NCBI GenBank assembly: GCA_951406725.2
Contig: OX597821.1
Location: 46,066,001-46,130,000, forward strand
Direction of reading: 5' to 3'
From: Octopus vulgaris
Taxonomy: Eukaryota
Length of the DNA: 64,000 nt
Part shown: one piece after another, positions 55,910 to 64,000 of the stretch
Layout of the letters: every line of letters starts with the position of its first letter
Position numbering within the stretch: position 1 is the stretch's first letter
Translations under genes and position numbers: made by a program
Notes under the pieces: generated by a model
The model's input: the letters and a program-made list of their open reading frames with translations, nothing else
Told to the model about the DNA's origin: nothing
Databases searched by the model: none

Positions 55910-57907
55910 GGTTTCTTCTTGACCACTTCTTCCCCTCTTTCCGTGTTTATACCTTCAAAATGACCTGTCACGGTAGAGATGGAATGATGCCAGCCGGGTC
56001 TGGCCTGAGCTTCAATATCTCAGGCTTTGGGATCGATTCCAGTCAGTTTTAGGCCTTGCTTCTGATGATCCTTGTATCCGATGGAGGGGACGGCCACGGA
56101 AGCTTCTTCCAGTGGAAAGTTCCCCATATAAAATTTGACGCGGCAGCCTGGTTTCTTTCATTCTCGCTACGTGGCCCACCCATCACAGACAATGTTTCAG
56201 AATGGTAGCCTCGATGCTGCTACTTTTTCTTCTCTCCAAAACGGAGAAGAAGAAAGTTCTTCCACAGTCGGAGAATCAACGTGAACGGACATGTTTTAGA
56301 AGTTCCACTGGGATGTTGTGTGGGCAAGGAGACTTCCGCTGCTTCGTGCAGTTGAGGGCAATCTGGTACTCTTAGTAGGATAGTGGCGTGTTCATCCAGT
56401 GCATGCATGGGTACGTTATTCATGAAATTTTCTGCCACGTTGGAGGCTTGGTTCAGAAGAGTCGAAAAGTGCCTTCTCATCGGTCACATAGTCGTTCCAT
56501 TTAATATTCATAGTAGAGCGGAGCTTCTGTTGGTGAAATCACCCTTGTCTTTTGACGTCCCTTCAGTAAAGAACCCAGGTTTCACAACCGTAGAGGAGAT
56601 CGCGACTGCTTGATAGACACTCAATTTTGTGGTTCAGATCTTTGTTCTTAAAGACCCCTATCAGACGCAATGTTAGCCGCTCTCAATCGGTTCGCCACGT
56701 CCTCTTCTGATGTGCACTTGTTCGAAGGCAAGCTTCCTAAGTATGAGAAGTGGTTAGCTTTTTCCAGTGGTGTCTCCAAGATGGTAATGTTGAAATCTGG
56801 AGTTTCCTGACTTAGAACGGGTTGTGGCAGGATTTTTGTCGTTTTGATGTTGACTTTTAGGCCAAACCGAGTGTAAGCATTGGTGAAGTTATTCACCGAT
56901 TGTTGAAACTGTTCTCTGGAGTGGAGGACCACTGCGTTGTCATCAGCATACTGAACTTCAGGGAACTTTTGCTTCGTGACTTCAATCTGGCAAGGTTGAA
57001 ACATCCCCCGTCATCATAATGTTGACTCCTGGATTGTCTGGAGGCAGTTCGTGAAGCATTGCTTCATGATGGGGAAGTCTTCAGACAGTTGATTTTGATG
57101 AAAGACGGTTCCAGTCATACCCTCATGTACTCCCTGTACTAGGGAAATGAACCGATCGGGGCAGCCGAGACGTCGGAAGACCTTCCGCACTGCAGGCCTT
57201 GGGACGGTTTCAAAGACCTTTTCGAGGTCGTAGAAAACAATATAGAGAGGTATTTTGTTGTTCCCTACTCTCTTCTTGCATTTGTCGAGTACATAAGATC
57301 ATGTTAATTGTCCCTCTGATTCGGGTAGGACTTCCTCCGCGATGATTTGGAGACAATACAGAAGGAGCCTTGCAAAGATTTTCTCTGCAGTAGAGAGCAG
57401 TAAGATGCTATGATAATTCTCACAGATCTTTTTATCTCCTTTATAGAAGATGGTGATAATAACGGCGTCTTTGAAGTTTTGGGGAACATGGCAGTTCTTC
57501 CACAGTCGGAGAATCAACGTGAACGGACATGTTTTAGAAGTTCCACTGGGATGTTGTGTGGGCAAGGAGACTTCCGCTGCTTCGTGCAGTTGAGGGCAAT
57601 CTGGTACTCTTAGTAGGATAGTGGCGTGTTCATCCAGTGCATGCATGGGTACGTTATTCATGAAATTTTCTGCCACGTTGGAGGCTTGGTTCAGAAGAGT
57701 CGAAAAGTGCCTTCTCAAGCGTTGAAGGATATCTTCTGGGTCAGTTAGGATGGTGTTGAAGTCTACTGATTGAAGAGACCCTGTTGATGATCTCATGGAC
57801 CCAAAAAGTTCCTTCGTTCCTGAGTAGAAACGTCCTGGGTCACAAGAGTCAGCATACCCTTGGAGTTTATCGGCTTTTTGTGGCCACCAGCTGTTCTGCA
57901 ACTCTTT
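55910..57907 (-). pseudogene. RTE-clade LINE relic (RT and C-terminal region)
   Basis: ELQNSWW.QKA..LQ.YAD; VPQNFKDAVIITIFYKGDKKICENY; EVQYADD; FGLKVNIK; FSYLGS; WVGHVARMKETRLPRQILYGEL...RGRP. Confidence 0.92.
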
Positions 57908-58403
57908 CATACATACATACGTACATATATACATACATGCATGCATACATACATGCATACATACATACATACATACATACATACATACATACACACACTC
58001 CCTTTCTTTCTCCATCTCTCTCTCTCTCTCTCTTTCGCTTTTCCTCTCTAAAATCATGCATAAATCCATCCTTAAATCACGCTCTAACATCATGAAAAGA
58101 AAGACACATTGAATACTATAACCTCATGTAATCAAAATAGCAAGATGGCCATGCATGCAATACCCTTCATCATAAACCCACCGGTTAACAGCTGGCCTGG
58201 TGCTAAACAACAACTGCAGCATGAAATTTTTCTCACACACATAAATCAATTCTTGCGTAAGTCAAACCTTACCTATAGACAGAACACTACGCACAAACTC
58301 ATGCACACCTACATACACTAACTTGGTAGCAGGTAACAGATATTAAAATGTATATTAAAACTAAACCAAAACATCATATTTCTCTCGCTCTATCTATCCA
58401 TAA

Positions 58404-59395
58404 TATTAGACTGGTGCTAAAATAATTGCAGCGTTTGTTATTTTAAGCTTTGGTGCCTTTTTTGGAATAGACTTTTATTTATCTCTATTTGTGTAATATA
58501 CTCTTTTGAAGCGCACATTTTGGCTTTTGCTTTCGTTTGTTTTAGGTGGTCAAACTAAGGACAGGAAAAAAAATACGAAGCAAATTTTTAAGAGTGATTT
58601 TATGTGTTTAATGAGGAGCACAAAGCAACGGAGAATTGATTGAAACGTATTTGAACAGAAGATCATCAACGAGGCAAAAACATATTGCTGTTAGGAAGTT
58701 TGTTCCGCATGTTTTTTGAGCAAACCATTTCTTGATAGTATTGTGATGTGTAACAGATATGGACTCCTTACAGCTGACGGAGATGACTTGATTGAGCAGA
58801 AACACTAAAACCCTATTCGAAATCAAAGCTGGTTCAAACGAAGATTATGAACATCATTTGGTGGTCACCAAATAGTATTAGCAATTGATATTTTTTGAAT
58901 TGCGTCTTTACGTTGTGAGTTCAAATTTCAATGAGGGTGGTGACTTTGCTGTTCATCCTTTAGGGTCGAAAAAATAAGTACTAGTTGATCACTGGGGTCT
59001 ACGTAATCGACTTACCCCGCCACCTAAATTGCAGGCCTTGTGCCAAAATCTGAAACTAATACTTCTTGAATCGAGTTCAAATTCTACCGACGTTGACTTT
59101 GCCTTTCATCCATTCGGGATCGATAAAAAAAGTACCAGTTGAACACCGGGGTTAATGTTATCGACTTACCTCACACCCGAAATCGCTGGCCTTGTTCTAG
59201 AATGTGAATTCAATATTTCTGGAATCGAGGCGAAATCATCACAACAGAAAGGAATTACCAAGAATTACCAGGAAATACACAAGGAAATGCAACGTTTATG
59301 TTGGTAATTCAAAAAAGACCAAAACCTTCTCCACGCCATCAACAGCCATTCACAAATAACTCTACTGAAATTGAACGAAAGGAAGGTCTCCAAGA
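58404..59395 (+). mobile_element. Highly decayed mariner element with nested SINE B fragments
   Basis: TIR-like ttagactggtgctaaaataattgc after TA; PFLDSIVMC; KIMNIIWW; GEIIT; SINE B pieces about 58900-59220. Confidence 0.6.
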
Positions 59396-61669
59396 ATCAA
59401 AGAGCCAAGAATTTTATATTTGAATAAATAAACATGTCTCATGTCGGCAAACATGTCACTATTATTTCGGGAAATAAAATTTATTGTGAGTTAAGATACA
59501 TTGATTTAAACTAATAAACACATTAATTTAAAACAGTATTTGATTAAAATACCGGTATTTATAACATTTATAATGTATACGTAAACGTAAGAATGATATT
59601 AACTCTAATATTTTGTTCGAGAGAAACTTCTCAACGAAACTTCGACCGCGTTTGTTTCTTCGATGACGAACACACTCGGACATTGTGAACTAAACCCCAA
59701 AATATTTGTTCCGATATAGAAATCAGTAACTAAAAGAGAGAGAGAGGGAGAGAGGGGTGAGTGAGTGAGTGAGTTAATGTGTAAGTGAGAGAGACAGCGA
59801 GTAAAGCCGAGATAGAGGTGGGCATGAGACGGGCACAAGCAAGAAAAGAACGATCAAGAAGCTTCATAGAATTCATATCTACTTTTATAAGTAAATTTCA
59901 TTAGAATCGCATTACTTAATGTTTCACAGTAGTAAGAAACTCACGCCCGATTGTTCAGATGCTTGTTTTTGAGTAGCAAACATCTGAAATACGATTGATT
60001 GGATGACGCTAAGGTTTGTTCTCATTTTCTAGGTTTAGATTACATGGCTGAATCAGAGGTATCCAACTGCTGCCGACAAGTACTTAACTGCTATTGCCTG
60101 GTAACTCCTAAATGAGTGAGATACAACTTCAACACGGTGACCAGAAGTAGTTGTCTTTATTCTGGTACCTGTAATAAGAGCGAAAACTCAGTTTTCTTGT
60201 TAAGAGATAAAGTCGGCTGCCACAATATATACAGTTTCTTGAAGAAACTTATGCGACATCTGTGCACTCCAGATGAACAGGAAGAAGGTTACACTGAGTG
60301 GACCAATTTCTTGCACCCGGAGTCTCCAGATGAAACTGCACAGGGAGATGGAGTTTTCTTTGTTCTCAAATCTTGAGAGGCACACGAATTAATTAAAGAT
60401 ACTCTCCAAATAACTGACTCTAGGTTCCGTGTAGTACCTTAGAATAGCATCTGGTGAGATGAAAATTGTCCTATAAATCAATGGATTGGAGTGCAAGAAA
60501 TTTCTCGGTGGACAGGCGATTTGATTTTCTATAGAGGTAAGTAGGTGTTTCAAGAGTAGGCTTTGCAAGTGTATATTTATTTCCTTTTACAGAGGCGATA
60601 TTGCAAACAACATGGTCTAGGTAACAGTAACTTACCTTTACATTGTACACATTAAAAATCTTATTTATGTGTGTTTGGGAAATGTTACCTATTATGGTTC
60701 GGCTGTTCCTAGCTATGCTCCTGGAAACATTTAAGTTGAACGAAGAATTGGATCTGGTTATATGTGTTTGTGTATGTGTATATACATAGATACATATTCA
60801 CACACACAGATACGCACACACATACACGAACGCACACACACATATCTCAGTGCATTATTCATCTCGTCATTCACATATATCTCCACCGTCTGGTGGGTGA
60901 TCCAGTGTACCATATGCAACATTACCACCAAATTCTGCTTCATTGCTCCGGCAGGCGAGTCACAACCCTTGCCGCGAAACATGATCTAATGTCCCGGTAG
61001 CGTAATTTCTTACGCATTTATTTTGTTTAAGCATATTCAGGATTCTTTCTTTCCACTTAAATTCCCTCATGTTGGTATTTGTCATAGCCCTCTAATTAAT
61101 GCATAATTAGTTATAGAACACTTTTGGTGAATAAATACATCGTTTAGACGAAGTACATGTGTGTAGATTTTACACACACACACACACTCGAATACGCTCA
61201 CACATATATACACGAGTGTTTTATTTATTTATTACGTCTATTCCTATTGGCTGCGAAACGAAATGCCAATTAACTCACTAATTCCTCCTGTAAACATTTC
61301 TCATAACCGCTAGCTCTCAGTTTCAAGAAGACATGCAAACAACCTGCATCTTTCCCCCTCTTCACCCTCCACCCCACGTTCCTCTCACACCATCACACCA
61401 CCTCATTCATTTTACAACCCACCCACATCCAACACCCCCATCTTTTATTAGCTCCTTAGATCCTCTTTGTTTTTTGTTTTGTTTTTTTTTTCCTTTTTTT
61501 TCCTCTAGTTACATTCACACAACATTCTTATTAGTTTTTTGTTTTTTTTCTCCTTTCATTTCCTAAACTCTTTCTTCGCTGTAGTTGCTATTCTTGTTTT
61601 TTCCAACTATTACCCCAAGCCATATTTCACTCTTTCCCCCATTTCCTCTTATTTCATTACATAATATTG

Positions 61670-61835
61670 TTTCTTCTTCTTCTTCTTCTTCTTCTTCTTC
61701 TTCTTCTTCTTCTTCTTCTTCTTCTTCTTCTTCTTCTTCTTCTTCTTCCTCTGCTTCTTCTTCTTCTTCTTCTTCTTCTTCTTCTTCTTCTTCTTCTTTT
61801 TCTTCCTCTTCTTCTTCCTCTGCTTCTTCTTCTTT

Positions 61836-61869
<34 letters not shown>

Positions 61870-62055
61870 TCTTCTTCTTTTTCTTTTTCTTCTTCTTCCT
61901 CTTCTTCTTTTTCTTCTTCTTCTTCCTCCTCTGCTTCTTCTTTTTCTTCTTCTTCATCTTCTTCTTCCTCTTCTTCTTTTTCTTCTTCTTCTTCTCCTCC
62001 TCCTCCTCCTCTTCTTCTTCTTCTTCTTCTTTTCTCTTCTTCTTCCTCTGCTTCT

Positions 62056-62131
<76 letters not shown>

Positions 62132-62208
62132 TTTCTTCTTCTTTTTCTTCTTCTTCTTCTTCTTCTTCTTCTTCTTCTTCTTCTTCTTCTTCTTCTTCTT
62201 CTTCTTCT
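61670..62208. repeat. (TTC)n/(TCC)n pyrimidine tract
   Basis: Directly visible. Confidence 0.97.
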
Positions 62209-62694
62209 ACCTTCCCCCAAAACAAGCACATATAGACTCCGGCGGGGGGGGGAGCCTTCTACGTGGACGTTCTATCTACTAGGAGTAGCAGCCTAACCAC
62301 CCTCAAATTATACAACACCGTCTTTGAAAAACCAGGATATTGACCCCTATCATTGCATCTATATAAATTTTGACCATACGTCTGCATCGTCAGGGTTGAC
62401 TTGGGGGCTAAACAGTAACCCATTCCTGTTAGGTCGCCTCTTACTTTTACTCCCTACCTCAATTTTTCTCTCATTGTCTCCCTTTAAACAACACTTCTTC
62501 ATTTCTTCTCTTTTACATCTGTCTCTCTCATTCTCTATCTCGCTCGTCTTCCATTATGTCTCTCCCTCTCATTCACTCTTTTCTCTCTCTCTCTCTCTCA
62601 CATTATCACCTCTCTTTCTCTATCACTTTGTCTCTTTTTCTCTCCCTCCCGTCAACCTACCTTTTATTCTCCACATCATTTATCTTATGCATAA

Positions 62695-63597
62695 CTAGCA
62701 GTATCGCCCGGCGTTGCTCGGGTTTGTAAGGGAAATAACTATATAAGCATTTTTAGAGAGTTATAGCCAAAAAATAGCAAAAAAATGCATTAAAAATGGA
62801 AAAAAATGATGGTAAATTTTTTTTTAAATCGTTGACTCATCCTAGACATTTTTAGAGAGTTACTTCCCTTATATAATAGCGAAAAAATGCATTAAAATGG
62901 AAAAAAATTATGGTAAATTTTTTTTTAAATCGTAGACTCATCGTAGATGCGCGCTAATACCCAGAAGGGCTCGATATGAATCACGACTATAAGATACCCG
63001 GTTTTGGTTAAACTGCACCGCAAAATGTGGGAGTAGTTAGGAATCTAAATCGTAGGAGACAGGCACACAACCTTACTTTTATATATAAAGACTAGCAGTA
63101 TCGCCCGGCGTTGCTCGGGTTTGTAAGGGAAATAACTATATAAGCATTTTTAGAGAGTTACTTCCCTTATAAATTCGGGCTTTCTTAGCCATTTTTGTTT
63201 TGGTGTCTTCAAGCCATGAAGTCGTTGTTCTAAAAGAACGCTGGTTTCCTTCACAATGCATTACGACGTTGATTTCTTTACACTCCCTTCCCCACAGCTT
63301 CACGAGGGAGGGAAGGGGGAGAAGCAAACAGGTGCAGCTGTGAGCGTGGACGCCAACTCCGCCGCCATCGACATACGATGCATTTTATGCATTAAAATGG
63401 AATAAAAAATGATGTTAAATTATTTTTAAAATCGTAGACTCATCGTTGACGCGCGCTAATAGTCAGACGGGCTCGATATGAATCACGACTATCAGATACC
63501 CGAATTTGGTTAAACTGCACCGCAAAATGTGGGAGGAGTTAGGAATCTAAATCGAAGGGGACAGACACTCACACAACTAGAGTTTTATATATATAGA
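62695..63597 (-). mobile_element. Two non-autonomous Helitrons head to tail
   Basis: 62695-63091 and 63092-63597, each TC...CTAG on the minus strand; plus-strand junction aaaga|ctag. Confidence 0.9.
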
Positions 63598-63898
63598 TAT
63601 ATTCGACGCAATGAATACACTCGAACATTACCGATTTAAAAATGAACATCCAAAACAATCATCTTGAACTTTCACCCAATCCATTGAGCCCAATTTTCAA
63701 CACGAATATTAAGAAACGAAGCTAGACCACGTAGTTTCGCACTGAACTTACAAAAATAATAACTTCTCATATGGCCGCAGCGAATATCCGCACAGATAGA
63801 AAATGTCAATGGTAAAATACTTATTGAGAAATAGCTTTGATATTCTCTTCCACAAACGAAGCACAAGGTAAAGAGATGCACAGAATAAAAGAAACACT

Positions 63899-64000
63899 CA
63901 TCATCATTGTTCGACCGTGGTCGAGACAATGGAATTTACTATGTTACGCCAGACTTCACGGTCCATCATAGCATTATGGAGGTCCTGTTGCTGGATGCCT
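63899..64000 (-). mobile_element. RTE-like LINE 3' end, runs off the window
   Basis: Closely matches 19840-19941. Confidence 0.85.

Noticed and set aside
60845-61000. Short ORFs in unique sequence as a possible exon
   Set aside because: No strong splice signals and no recognisable protein similarity
61563-62296. Poly-E, poly-S, poly-K and poly-L ORFs
   Set aside because: Different frames of one (TTC)n tract

Overview
Gene-poor, AT-rich animal DNA dominated by microsatellites and decayed transposable elements. The repeat repertoire suggests an octopus (coleoid cephalopod) genome; this is inference. No intact protein-coding gene is visible, and nearly all listed ORFs are microsatellite translations. 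Recognisable content: four or more tRNA-headed SINE families (some with clean TSDs, some with swapped heads and tails), RTE and other LINE relics, mariner, hAT and Helitron relics, non-autonomous Helitrons, and a Penelope-like element (PLE) relic with GIY-YIG endonuclease. The most striking signal is about eight sequence-distinct families of small hammerhead-ribozyme-like motifs. They share one topology (stem I, CUGANGA or variant core, stem II, GAAA, mostly self-complementary stem III, NUH), lie beside (TA)n tracts, and are often inside fold-back palindromes. One lies directly downstream of the PLE ORF relic. One candidate host exon lies near 54.8 kb. All coordinates and alignments were read by eye.
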